The notes below the pieces were generated by a model. That model saw only the letters and a program-made list of their open reading frames with translations. It was not told the DNA's origin and did not search any database. A program made the position numbers and the translations under genes. This document shows, piece after piece, positions 1 through 13,420 of a DNA stretch of 64,000 nucleotides (position 1 is its first letter; every line of letters starts with the position of its first letter). Source of the DNA: the human T2T-CHM13v2.0 reference genome, Homo sapiens; the NCBI RefSeq assembly GCF_009914755.1, contig NC_060926.1; one strand, given 5' to 3'.

Positions 1-784
1 GAAGGGTGGAATATCATTGAACAAGGACATAAGAAAGAATGAGGAGGCACCTATATACTGGTATGGAAAACTATTCAAAATTCATTAATCCATGAAAAAA
101 CAAGATGTAAAACAGATCTGAACTGGTGAACACAGAGAGTGGTAAACTTTGTGCTGGGGGTGGGAGGCCTGGTTTGCATTCCTACTGCATATACTCTGTT
201 ATTATTTGTAGAAAATAAGAACAAAAAATATTTATTTATATAGGCATAAGATATCTCTGAAAAGACACAGAAGACACTGGACTTAGGCAGCTCTGACGAG
301 AGAAGCTAAGTGGCTGGGAACTCAAGGTTGGAAGAGAAATCTACTGAATACCCATTTTATCTTTTACAATGTTTAGCCATATAAAATTGTGGCTTGTTTA
401 AAACAAATAATTTTTTAAAAAATAGTTGGATAGCTGAGAGTATCAAGACAAGCCAATTTAATTAGAAAAGGGGAAGAGAGAGACAAGAGAAATGGGGTTG
501 TGGAAAGCTTGGTGGACCCCTGGCTGTCTTACAGCTCTGGGTAGTGTTACCAGAGATGATTCTTGGGGCAAGGGAACAAGAGAGCTATCTCTACCCATCC
601 AATTGTTTCAGGAGAGCCAGGGGCTTATAATTGCAGAGTCTTTGAATGCCTTTGTATATTTTCATAGAAAGAAACCTTGGAGGCCACTGAGCCTAATGGA
701 AAGAGAACTTGGGTAGCAACCAGGAGACTATAGATCTAATTACAAACAGTCAATTATGTGGTTTTAGCTGAATCATCTAATCTC

Positions 785-978
785 GTGGTTCTCGATTCTG
801 GCTACATGTTAGATTTAACAAAGAAGCGTTAAAAAACTATAGTCAAAGTTGGTTTTGATGGTGGGGGTGGGATCTTACTCAGACCAATTAAAACAGAATC
901 TGTAAGGAAGAGACATAGGCATTGGTATGTTCTAGAAGTTCCTGCGGTGATTCTAAATCAGAGATAGGGTTGAAAACC
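785..978. mobile_element. MER5A-like hAT-Charlie MITE (degenerate)
   Basis: Starts GTGGTTCTC and ends GGTTGAAAACC; internal 'agaccaattaaaacagaatct' and 'ggtgattctaa' motifs are typical of MER5A. Confidence 0.55.
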
Positions 979-2161
979 TTTTCTTTCCTTTTGTAGTTTT
1001 ATTTTAGTGTTATAACCTGTCAAATTGTGATTTATAAGCATCAAATGACACAATTTAACCTTATAAAGTGTTCTTAAAATAAAGACAAGGTTTGTAAGAG
1101 CTTGCTACGGTGTTCACTACATGAAAATCACTCAAAAAATGGTATGTATGCATATGTCACATGTCTGTTCAAAAATCTTCATCGGACAAATGCAAGGAGG
1201 TCTTGACTATATCTATTGTGCACATCAAAACCCAGGAAAGGCAGTTCCCTCAGGCTTATCAGAAAGAGCACAGAAATTTATAATCAGAGCAATCTGGGGT
1301 CAGTTTCACTAGTACCCTGCTGTGTGGTCATGGAGCAGTTTCACTCAGCATGCTTCCTCTGGTACAAAGTGGTCATAACAATACTTGGTAAGGTTGTTGG
1401 AAAAAAACAGACAATGCAATTACCACACAATATTTTTACATAATCACTACTGTATCCACTATAATTAAAGACAATGTATAACAAATATGTAGATTATTCT
1501 AGAGATGCAAAATAAATTCTCTGATGAGAAAACAGCATCTCAAGAATTGAGAGGAAAAGGGATTCAAACAATTATCAAGTGAGAAAATACTTCACAAAGA
1601 AAAACTGCAAAACTAAAGCTACGTACGTGAACACTGTTTTGCAGAGACCACATCTAGACCCTCAGCAGTAAAGGTTGTGCTTTTTGGAAAACGAAGACAA
1701 AGCAGCAGGAAGAAGAGAAAGGGTTGCAATGGCTAGAGGGAAGATGAGGGCTTCCAGGTAGGTTGTGTGATGCTCTGAGGAAAAGCCGGTCATATACTTG
1801 GGTATTCCAGGTCACTCTGCTGGAACCCTGCTTTTAGGACTTCTCAAATGAAGTGACTACTAGCCTCTTCTCAGAGTCACATGGAAGACAAAGAATACTG
1901 ATGGAAGAAACAGCTCTGGACAGCAACTTTGGAGACCATGATGTCCTTGAGAGAAAACTGAACTCTTGCAGATGCAAGATGTTTTAATCTACCTTCCACT
2001 CCAGATCAAGGAACGGTAAATTAGGGAAATAATGAATACGAAGTACAAACTGCTGGTTATTGATTTGAGATTTGATATCACAATTTGATTTACCAGATCC
2101 ACTGTTTAGATGTCCATAGCACTGACTCTTGGCTGGAGATTGAGTGTGCTGCATGGGGGAC

Positions 2162-2691
2162 ATAAGGGAGGAAAATATCTTTCCTTCTTCTGATCTTAGG
2201 TTCATGGTTGAAGCCTCTATAACAAAAGACAGATTAACAAGAGAAAAACATGCACATTTATTTCATAAAACTTTTATGTGACACAAGAGTTGTCAGAATG
2301 AAGACCTGAAATAACAGTTAAACCTGAGTTTTGTTTTGTTTTAGAGTAAGTTTGAAGAGTTTATAGTCATGCAGAAATATTACACAGCAAAAAAAATGAT
2401 CTGATTGTAATAAACTGGAAAGCTTAGCGGAGACTGTTTGTGCAGAATTTTCCCTGTGTTCCTGCATCTTCAGAGATAAGGATGCTACTGTCCTCCAGAT
2501 ATAAGGAGGGTACCTCTCACATAAGTGTCTATGACCTGCTTCAGGGGAAGGTCAGAAAATCTTTCTTAGGTTTTACGACCTGCTTCAGAGAAGAAGGGTG
2601 AGGGAAAGTGAGAGTAACCCTTTTGCTTTTGCTGTTTTCTCAAAATTGCTTTAGCTTAAAATATCGTGGGGTAATGTGTCCCGAACCTCAT
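2162..2691 (-). mobile_element. ERV1 (MER4-group) solo LTR, subfamily uncertain
   Basis: 'aaaagacagattaacaagagaaaaaca..tttattt', duplicated 'tgacctgcttcag' and terminal 'ggggtaatgtgtcccgaacctca' resemble reverse-strand MER4-group LTRs. Boundaries approximate. Confidence 0.5.
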
Positions 2692-3306
2692 TAGGTATGG
2701 GAAGAGTACACTTGCTTTGACATCTGCAGTCTCATCATAGGTTCTTAGTCTACCAAAGTATGTAACAAGGGATGGAAATTCTGATTGAAATAATTATTAT
2801 ATACGATATGGTAGATTTTCTCAAAGTATTCCCCTAGAAAACCTTGTAAGATTCAAAAAGACAACATGCAACATGGGAGTTCCATAATCCATTAGGTTTG
2901 GAAAATGAGGAGTTAAATATCTCAAAAGAAACATTTTCAACTGCAGGATTTCTTATAGAGTTTAGTGTGCTAATAGGCTTTATGAGTCTTCTCCAAACAG
3001 ATCTAATACATGGCACTTCCTAAATTTTGGGGACTCTTGCAACTGAAGCACTCTTAGAGAAATGTTGTAGTAGCTGGTAAGATAAAGCTGGGTAACAGTA
3101 AATGTGGAGGGAGATATGGAAAGATACAGGAAATCATACATGTAATCTTAACATACTATACATAAATTCTTAGCCAATGGGTAGGGAAGGAAGAGAATGT
3201 TTGTCTACACCACTTCCACTTTCATTGATGGATCCAACAATACAGAGACTCTGCTGCACTGGGTAGAACTAAGTGTTCTAAATTTTCAAATCAACTGCAA
3301 AGAAGA

Positions 3307-3888
3307 TGTAATAGTTAATATTAGATGTCATCTTGACTCGATTGAGGGATGGCTAGGCAGCTGGTGAAGCATTATATCTGGTGTGTCTGTGAGGGTGTTT
3401 CCAGAGGAGATTGACATGTGTGAGTCAGTAGACAGGGAGAGGAGGAATCACCCTAAACCTGGATGGGCATCGTCCAATTGGCTGCCAGCCTGGCTAACAG
3501 AAAGCAAGTAGAAGAAGGGGGATATTCAGTTTTGCAGCGCTTCCTCTCTATCTTCCTTCCCCAGTGAGATGAATTTTCATCTCCTGCCCTTGGACATCAG
3601 ACTCCAGGTTCTTTGATCTTTGGACTCTGTGACTTATTCCAGCAGCCTATCAGGGGCTCTTAGTCCTTCAGCCTCATACTGGGGACTGTGCTATTGGCTC
3701 CCCTGGCTTTTAGGCATTTGGACTTGGGCTGAGCATGCTACCAGCTTTTTTTGTTCTCCAGCTTGCAGACCGCCTATGGTGGGACTTTGCTTTTGTAATC
3801 ATGTGAGCCAATTCTCCCTAATAAACTCCTTTTTACATATACATATATTGTATTTCTTCTGTATCTCTAGAGAAACCTGACTAATACG
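3307..3888 (+). mobile_element. MLT2A/B (ERVL) solo LTR
   Basis: TGTAATAGTTAATATTAGATGTCA start, 'gtgtctgtgagggtgtttccagaggaga', AATAAA at 3820, end CTCTAGAGAAACCTGACTAATAC; near-TSD gaaga/gaagg. Confidence 0.85.
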
Positions 3889-6109
3889 GAAGGATTTATA
3901 TCTTACTGTTGAAGGTATATAATTGTTTCCTAATTCACAAGACCTAGGAACCAACTTGCCAGGCAGTGATTTGTAGCCAACTTCTGACAACGAAGTGAAT
4001 CAACCTTAGGATGAAGCTGGACCTATGGATGGTAGCAGAGTTGCAAAGAAGTTAAGTTCCTGAAGCTATCATAGAATTACTCAATCAATCAGCCCTTAAG
4101 CTTTTTTTACTTCTATGCTTACGAATGTGTGGAGTATTTAATTCCTTTTTATTTAAACCAAATTGACTCAGGGTTCCTGTTATTATAGACAGAATTGTGC
4201 TAACTGGTACATGTACCAAGAATTAATAATGCAACACCCATTAACACAGGACGAAGCACTAACTATGTGCAAAGCAATGAGAATCTTGAAGAAAAAGGAA
4301 GATAGTATCAAATATGCATGTGAGGAAGATATGCTATGACCTGGAATTCCTTCAACCTGATGGTTGAAGCACACTTGAGGAACTTGACATAGATATAAAA
4401 GACAAAGACGACAAAAATTATATCCTTGAGGGAATAGACTACCATTCAAACTGAAGATGAGAATTTGGCAGTCCAAAGACAGATATCAGAACAGCCACAG
4501 ATGAAAAATACCACTGTGATAGAGGAGCAGTGCCGTTCTTGACATTAGCTTGGAGTCTCAGCAGGGAGAGGAACATTCGATAAATTTTTTATTTGCCTTA
4601 CAGGCAACTTCAAACTCTTGGAAGACATAAGAAATGATGACGAGAACTATTATTTCTAATCTAAAAGTAGGTGTTGCTGTATAAATTGGAAACAACAGAG
4701 GACTCAGGAAAGCACTGATTCTCATCCATTGAAAGGATCCTGGCATACTCATTCAAAATTGACCACAATCAGGATTTCCCTAAAGGGGAATTATAAAAGA
4801 AACAGATCAAGGAATGGAGAGACAGCCCACAAGGAAATTGTGGTTTAATAAATGACCAGCAATGACAAAGACAAATGAATAAAAAGGAACTAAAGTGGTG
4901 CCACGAGGAGTTCACTGATAAATTGAGATTTTTAGCAACATATTTTCCAGTTTTATTAAAAAAAAGACATGTAACAATAGAGAAATTCAAACGGACAGCA
5001 TATAATTATAAAAACACTATCTAGAAGACTAAGGTTCAGAATAATTGAGGTTTTCAAAAAAGTAAAATAAAAATAAAACAAAAACCCACTTTCAATTATA
5101 TTAAATGTATTTTCAGTTATATTATGAGCAATGTGATTAGGAGGGCTGGGTGGTGATTATAAATGTACACAAAAATTTCTGTATGAAGTTATTTATTACA
5201 GTGTTACTTAAAAGGATACAATATTTGAAGAAAAGACCTGATAACGAATACTTAGTTAAAAATTTTAATAGGCATATAGAATGATGTACTAAGCTATTAA
5301 TAAAATTATATTTATGAATAATTTTACATGTAACATTCATTTTATGATATGTTAAGTGAAGATCACAAGACAATATATTTGCAGTGTGATATCACTTTTG
5401 TGTGTACATGTATATATGTGTGCATGTGTGCATAGAAGAGATAATATTTATCTATGGTGGTGATATTTTGAGATACTTAATTCTACAGTGATCCTATATT
5501 ACTTTGTAATAAAGAGACTGGTACTATATTTAAGTAAAAATAAATTCTTAGATTTTAAGTACAAATTAAGTTAAATTCAATACATTAAAAACAATTATAT
5601 TAGAGAAATGTCAATTATATTATGGTTAATTATTTCTTTCACTAGTTACAATATAGGGTTACATAAATAGAACATGTTCTGACAAAAACCAGATAGAAAG
5701 TCAAAGTTCTGTAGTTTTCTATCAAATATAATTTTTGTCAAATTGGAAAGGGTTGAACCAAGTTGATCAATAGGAAAATGAACTCCCAATAGTAGGGAGA
5801 ACATCAAAGATTCTAGTTGCTCTAAATGAGTTCACATTTCCTGGTCCTACTCTCTAGACTGTTACATCTGTGAGTACTAAGAGAAGAAGTCAATCATACT
5901 CTGTTCAAAATTTGAGCAGATGCTCTGAAATACTGAAAATAGTTCAAACTAATTATCACTTTTAGGAAAGTAGAGAAAACAGAGTTGATAAAGTATTCTA
6001 GGCAAAGGTTTAAGATGACTTAATCGATGATCTGTGAGTGCCTAGCAGGCGACATGCTCATCACTACAAGTTAGTAAGAGGACATGTCACATAAGTCAGA
6101 CCAACTCTA

Positions 6110-7212
6110 TTAGGAATGACCACACCTAGTGGCAAAATCTTGGTTTCTAAACAGCATTCTCCAATGCACACAACCAGGGATTCTTGGAGAAGTGATTGAC
6201 AGTGGAGCTGGGGCAGGGAGAATATAAGATGGGCCTGGAACGTCCTATGACTCACAAAAGTAAGGCAATACTGAAGAAAGGTTGAAGGCCTATCTCAAGG
6301 ACACAGAAGTCAAGCTAATAAGAGCTCCCAAACTTAGAACAATGAGAGAGAGAAAATAAATCATGGCTATATCAAATTATAACTCATAAATTACACTAAA
6401 ATTCTATGAATCTAACTTGATATAAATAAATAGTTGAATAAATAATTAAAGGGAAAAGGAGCAGCTCTTTCTTACAGAGGAATTCTAATGAACAGAAGTA
6501 GAATGGGCAAGATAGAAAATCACCATGAGCACACCACAGTAATAATGGTCGCAATACATGGATCATCTATGCATGGTAAAATTAGTGGGTGAAAATTTCA
6601 GGAGAGACAAGATGTTTGCATGGCCTGAAAGTATCTCTCCAAAGATATTTATTAATTACAAAGAAAAAAAAACAGTAAATTTCTTTTATACAATTAAAGA
6701 AACCTGCTGACCCCAGCATAACTGGTAAGATTAACATCACCAATGAAAAAGCATACTTGCATCATGATTCTCTTAAATGATGCTCAAACAAAGGCAAAAT
6801 GTCACTTCTGTGGCCTTCTTGCCAAGAATGTATAACTTCAATCTAATTTGTAAAAATAAAAACAGACAGACTCAAACTGAGGGGCATTCTATAAAACAAC
6901 CTGAAAGACAAAGAAAGACTGACAAGACTGTCACAGATTGGAGGCCACATGGTAATTAATGCAATATGAGATTATGGATTGGAAGCTAAAATTGAAAAGG
7001 GACAGCAATGGAGAAACTGATAAAATGAAAATAAAGATTGTAGTTGAGTTAATAGTATGACATCAGTGTAATTTCCTGGTTTGGGGGACTGTGCTATGAT
7101 GATGCAAGTTTTTCACATTGGCGAAACTGACCGAGTGGCGTACAGATTCTCTCTGTACAGTTTTTGCAGTATTTTTGTGTGTCTAAAATTATTTCCAAAA
7201 AAAAGTTAAAAA
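6110..7212 (+). mobile_element. Old L1MC/L1MD-type LINE-1 3' fragment
   Basis: Motifs 'aaagtatctctccaaagatatttattaattacaaag' and 'gaggggcattctataaaacaac'; typical L1M 3' end 'gtctaaaattatttccaaaaaaaagttaaaa'. Confidence 0.65.
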
Positions 7213-8074
7213 ACTACATCATTCCAGATTAATATGTTAATGGATATCTAGGCAGACAAAATGAAGAAATATACTACATAGTAACACTGTTAAACTCAAA
7301 ACTACTTACCACAGAATATTCCAAATGCTTTGATGAGAACATCACCTTGAAAAGTGTCCTCAAAATGGAACCAAAGGTCATTCCAGGCTTTGGCCTGCTG
7401 TTCTGCACTGGAATTAGGTTTGGATGAGTACCAAACTTGTATATTTTTCATAAGAACTGAAACTGGGGAGAAGAAATAATATAGTAGATGAAAGCACCTA
7501 GTACCCAAGTTAACTGGAAGAAAAACATATTCTAAGAGAAATAAGCAATAATTGCCTTTTGTTTCAAAGCAACCGTCTATACCAATATAGAAAATGAAAG
7601 ATGCTGCTTATCATGAATTCAGGCGAAATAAAATATGTGAGTGACAGCTGCCATTTATTTAACATAATTAAGCTCTCTTTATTGAAAATCTATAATGAGG
7701 AAAATGGAACTTTTTGTATTATTCCCAAAGGCAGAAGCAGGAGCAAGCATAGACATTACTAGGAAGCAATTACTGGTTCAGAACAAGAAAACCCTTGCAG
7801 TGGTTATTTACAAAGCACAGAGTTTCATTTGGGTAAGTGGAGGTATTCAGGAAGAATAGAAGGTCTCTGAGATCACGGAACTGAGATTTGCTCTGCTAAG
7901 ATAAAAGTTTTTCATGATCTTTATGAGTGCCTCTAAACTAAAATACCAGGATGCTTGACATTACTATATGTACCGTGTGTGTGTGAGTGTGTGTGTAAAA
8001 CAAAGTTGAATGTGCTAGCTATTTTATTATCATAAGTTTATCATTTGGGAGGTGGAAATTTGTGATTGAATAGC

Positions 8075-8146
8075 TGTGTGATCATGCCATTCCATGCTAA
8101 TATCCAATTTTGTGTGAGCATGTCATTCCATGCTAATATCCAATTT
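8075..8146. repeat. 36-bp tandem duplication (2 copies)
   Basis: tgtgtga(t/g)catg(c/t)cattccatgctaatatccaattt at 8075-8110 and 8111-8146. Confidence 0.9.
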
Positions 8147-8837
8147 CTTTTATTTTTCAAAAGATATTTACTGTCCTGTGAGCATCCACAGAGAGTTCGG
8201 ATGGCCCTACCTTTTTTTCTTTTAAGCTTAAGAAAGTAATGAGAAATGAATTAGAGTTCTTCCATGAGTCAGGTTTCACGCACCAGAGAAGTACTGGGGA
8301 ATGCACTATTGATCTATTTTCTTCAACTCATTTCCTGTGTTTAAATGGAAATATTGATACCTATGCATAGGCTTCTTCTGAGGTTTTGGGGATGTGAGCC
8401 TGTGTCTTGTGTTTGAATCAAAGTAAGATTTAGATTTCGTGGTATTAAAATAAGAAGTGTGAGGGACAAAATAAAAGTCTCCAAGGAGAAAGAAGTTGGA
8501 AAAAATCTTTAATAGCCTTAAGGTTCCTCTCACGTAGTTACCACTAAGGTTTTGGATGAGAATGCAGTAGACAGAACTCAGGCTCACCAAGGAGTTAACT
8601 AAGATGGTGGTTATTTACATTGGGAACACTGTCTTCCACTGAATACATTATTTTTGCTTTAATAGAAGGATTTATTCTTCAAAAAAGGTCTCTTCCCATG
8701 TATTTAAAGGTTAGCTAATGGGTCACTCTTTGCCTAAGAGAAAGAATAAGGAGTGTAAAAGGTGTAGAAACAAAACAAAAGAAATTGTAGATAAAAGTTT
8801 TATTAGGAGCTACCAGTAATTTCTGCAATCAAAAATG

Positions 8838-9115
8838 GGCCTGTGGGTGGCTGAGGTGGGCAGATCACCTGAGGTCAGGAGTTCGAGACCAGACCTGACC
8901 AATATGATGAAACCCTATCTCTACTAAAAATATAAAAATTAGCCAGTCGTGGTGGCATGCGCCTGTAATCCTAGCTACTCAGGAGGCTGAGACAGGAGAA
9001 TCTCTTGAACCCGGAAGGTGGAGGTTGCAGTGAGCCAAGGTCTCGCCATTGTACTCCAGCCTAAGCAACAAGAGCAAAACTCCATCTCAAAAAGGAAAAA
9101 AAAAAGAAAAAAAAA
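8838..9115 (+). mobile_element. AluS (Sq/Sp-like) with ~30-bp deletion near the 5' end
   Basis: Dimeric Alu with 'caacaagagcaaaactcc' 3' end and A tail. The 5' part reads ggcctgtgggtggct|gaggtggg and lacks the CACGCCTGTAATCCCAGCACTTT segment. Confidence 0.9.
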
Positions 9116-10417
9116 TAAATGCACCTTTTTTTTTTATGGATAATAATGCAAATCCCTGGGGGAAAAAAAATAAATTTTAGGAAATGTTATGGCTACCAGA
9201 GAATGTCATACCTAAAAATTAAGTTTCAAAAAAATTCTAGGAAATACAAGAGCTTTTGAGCTACATATGTGAACAATGAAGGAAAAACTTTCACATCCAC
9301 CCTGTAAATCTTAAGAACAATTTTGATTCAAGGGGGCCTCTTGGCTGAGTCTAGACAGCCTACCTTTGAATTCAAGCTCTTTGCTACTTGTGTTTCTAGG
9401 AGCCAATGCTAATTTCTGGGAATGTTGTTTAAGAACTTCTACTTACTGTGTACTCATTTTGGCACCATTGCACTCCACATACTCACAGGATTTTGTTAAT
9501 AGGGACTGATGCTTACTTAAAAGCTTTATTAGATTATCTGAGTGGATTGCACTGGTCCAGGTATATATATCCATCACAAAACCTCTTCATCCTTTAAATT
9601 AAGTACTTCATGAGGACAACAAAAAGACTGGAGAAAGTCTGAATTTACTCTATGGAATCAACCGTATGTAATTTACACAATTAAAAAAAAAACATGCTTT
9701 TTTAAAAGCAGACATTAGAGAAAAATGTAAGGATAAAAGTAAAGTTCTCTATTTCTTCCTCCACCTACCCCACTCTCTCTCTAACTCCCACTGGTAGGAT
9801 TATGAAGGCGACCATTTTTAGTATTTTTGCATGTATTTTTGCAGATTTTTCTTTAAATATAAAAGCATAATTACATATTATCAATGTAAAACAGTACATA
9901 TTTTTTAAAACTTTCCTATTATCACATGTACATATGTCTGATTTTTTTCAACAGCTGCTTAAAATTACATTGTATGGTCTTACCCGTACTTCTTCAACAA
10001 AAGTCCTTGACTTCTGTACAATTATGTTGCTGTCAGTTAGGCTTTCGTGTTTTAAAAATAGTGCAGACATGGTCGTAAACTTATCTTGACATACTTTTAT
10101 GAGAATATTTATGGGATGTCTTCTTGGGTATGAAACTGTTGAGGTTCAGAGTGTGTATATTTATATATCTATTCTTGTTGGATGATGCTCGTATCGAGGT
10201 ATTGCTGACTTCATTTATTAGTGACATAGGTGGATACTCGTTACTCTCTGTTTACATCTTGAGAAAGGGAAACAACTTTCTATGTGAGAACAACATGGAA
10301 CAAGTTCACTTTGCATATGAATTACCTTACATGTGAGGATTGCTTTCTCCAATGCCCTATGAAATATGGCTACTGCTATCTTTTTTTCTAATATTTTCTA
10401 ATTTTTTTTCTAATTAT

Positions 10418-11075
10418 TTTTTAGAGCAGTTTTAAGTTCAGAGCAAAATTGAGCAGAAAGTACAAAAATTTCCCACATACCCCTGGCCCCACACATGCAT
10501 AACCTCCTTTGTTATTCTCTACCAGACTGAGGTACCTTTTTTTTTGTTTTTTTTTTACAACTGTGCAATTGATGAACCTGCATTGACACATCATTATCAC
10601 GCAGAGTTCACAGTTTATATAAGGGTGTACTCTTGGTGCTGTACATGCTAGTGGTTTGGACACATGTATAATGGCATGTGCCCACCATGACAGTATCAGA
10701 CAGTGTATCTGCACTACCCTAAACAGCCTCTATGCTCTGGCTATTCATCTCTCCCTCCCCTGACCCCCAGCAGCTGCTGACCTTTTTGCTGTTTCCATAG
10801 TTTTGTCTTTTTCATACAATATGTATCCCATTTTAGTCTGGCCCCTTTCACTTGTCAATATACATTTACATTTCCTCCATGTCTTTTCATGGCCTGATAG
10901 CTTATTCCTTTTAAGTGCTGAGTGATATTCCATTGTCTGGACATACCACAGTTTATCTATTTACCCACTGAAGGACATCTTGGTTGTTTCCAAGTTTGGT
11001 CAACTAGGAATAAAGCTTCTATAAATAACTGTGTGCAAGTTTTTTGTGTGGACATGAGTTTTCCACTCCTTGGGT
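10418..11075 (-). mobile_element. L1MC1/2-like LINE-1 3' fragment
   Basis: 'tttttagagcagttttaagttcagagcaaaattgagcagaaagtac'; minus-strand ORF MEYHSALKRN resembles the L1 ORF2 C-terminus. Confidence 0.8.
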
Positions 11076-11958
11076 TGCTGCTAACATTTTATTAACTTGG
11101 GCATGGCCTCCCTTGTGAGGTCTGGCAGCGCCCTCACAAGGGAGTTTTGTAACCAGCCCTGGGATTTTGCTCCTGTCAGTGGTAACTGCAGCTGCCTGAG
11201 AGGAGTCAGTGATGAAATTGTTGCGCAGAGGTGTAGATGGTAGCATAACCTATCTTTTGGAATACTGTAAGTTTATTCAAGGAGAGGAGAGGGTGAAGAG
11301 GGTTACAAGTTAGACCCATTGTTCCTGATACTTTGGTTGTGGAAACCCCTTGCCTTACAACTACACAGAAATCAGAATTAGAATTCAGATCTGGATTACC
11401 ATGTTTGTTTATGTTTTATTATTTTTCTTAAAAATGATTCTCTGTGATTCTAAACACAGTTTATTTGCATATCTAAAACTATTTTCCTAGTTATTAATTT
11501 ACTGTTATAATTAATCAGATTTTATATAAATTGTAATAGTTGAAGACATTATTTCAGATATCAATAGTTTATTAAGCTTATTAATAGCTTAATAGTGTAT
11601 TAAGATTAACCATGTGGCAAGAACCGCATTTTGTACACCATCCCATTTATTTTTAAAAGCCATCTTATAGAATAAGAAAACTGAGAATTTCCATGAGAGA
11701 TAAGGAAAATTGCCAGAGCTGGTACATGACTGGGCTAGATTCAAAGACAGGTTCCTCTTCCTGCAATGCTCGTAGTTTTTCACAATACCGACCAGTTTTT
11801 ATTGAATTTGTCCTTGGGGAAATTGTGGAGCATAATGCATTTGTACTCTGGTGAAGAGAGAGACAGATAATTGCTGTAATTCTCTGGAAATCACAGGAGC
11901 CTAGCCTAAGTCCATTCTGTCTCCATCAAATAAGCATATTCCTTACAGCACTTGCCAT

Positions 11959-11996
11959 ACATATCATGTACTTTAGCACATATCATGTACTTTAGC
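11959..11996. repeat. 19-bp perfect tandem duplication
   Basis: acatatcatgtactttagc x2. Confidence 0.9.
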
Positions 11997-12139
11997 AGTA
12001 AATTACAGACTCTTGTACTGCTCACTGTTTTCCTTTCCATGGGTTTATATCATCTCTTTCGAAATTTGTAATAAAGTCTGTATCCAATAAATCTCCCTCC
12101 CCTACCTCCACTCTCTTTTGAAGCAGTTTAAAGATGACA

Positions 12140-13420
12140 GCCAGTCAGTGAATATTCTCTGGGTGTGTGCTATGCGCAAGGCACTGTTTTAGACTCTGGG
12201 GATAGAGCAGCAATCAAAACAGCCTGTGCCTTCAGAAAATTTACGTTCCACTGGAAAGAAAACAAGGAAACAAGCATGCTCTAAAGAAACAATTTTAGAT
12301 AATGATATGTGTCACGCAAAAAAGTAAGCTACTAGTTAATATAATAGAGAATAGATTGGAATATGAAGGACCTGATATTTCCCTGGGGAAGAGAGGGCTG
12401 GAATCTCTGAGAAGGTGGCATTGGAGCTGAAACTTGACCCTTCAGAACAGGACGCCATGGGTGGGGACCTGGGAGAAGTGAGCTCTGCTCAGAAGGAAAA
12501 AGAAGTGCAGGGAACTTGACGTGGGAACTAGCTGGGTGTGTTTAAGGACAGATGAAAGTCTGATGTAGCTGGGTGGCTGGGGGCAAGTGCACATGGCAAA
12601 GAGAATAGTGGAGTAAAGTAGCCACAAGTCATGTGGACCTGAGTTTGAACTTCATTCAAATCAGAACAGGATACCAACACAATACTTTACATGGGGGAGT
12701 GATGTGATCTTTTTTATTCTACCTATTAGAACCAGTACACCAGTTCTGGGAGGATGGACAGCAGGCAGAACAAGTGCAGGAGTGACACCAGTTAAGAAGT
12801 CATTGCTGTGGCTCAAGAAAGAAATGATAGGTCTTAGACAAGCATGCAACAGTAAAGAAATTAAAAGTAATCACATTGGGATAGAGACAGTGGGAAAGAC
12901 TGATGGGTGATTTCTGAGGCATTAGGGGAAATGGTGATAGGATCACCCCCCCCTCCAAGACTGCACACTGTGGGAAGATCCTCGTAGAGAGGTGCCATTT
13001 GCTGAGATGTGTAAGTGCTGGGCAAGAGCTGACTTTTCAGGGTCGGGGTAAAGTGGGGAAATGAAAGGCTTTGCTTGACTACTACAAAGTTTGAGTCACC
13101 TATGAGCCTGGGAGAGGTCGAGCGGGACCTACAAGTGTATTTGCTCCAGGGTTAGACATGTGAATATGGGAGGTGTTGAGCCTATCAGTGGTAGTTACAG
13201 CCATGGTTTTAATGAGGCCACTTAGGGAAAGATCTTCCTGTGGTTGATGAAGAGAATGGGACACACGACAGAGCCCTGGAGCCTCTAGCAATTAAAAACA
13301 AGAAGGGAAGAGGCGTGAAGCAAACTGAGAGAGACAGTGAAGGAGGAAGGAAATGACAAGAGCGTGGTGTCAGGGAAGCAATGAAGGTAAGCAGGAGCAA
13401 CAAGGGGAAGTGAAATCTAG
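12140..13420 (-). mobile_element. L2 LINE fragment
   Basis: 'tatgcgcaaggcactgttttagactctggggatagagcag' and GA-rich downstream motifs such as 'gtggtgtcagggaagc' match an antisense L2 3' region. Boundaries approximate. Confidence 0.65.
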
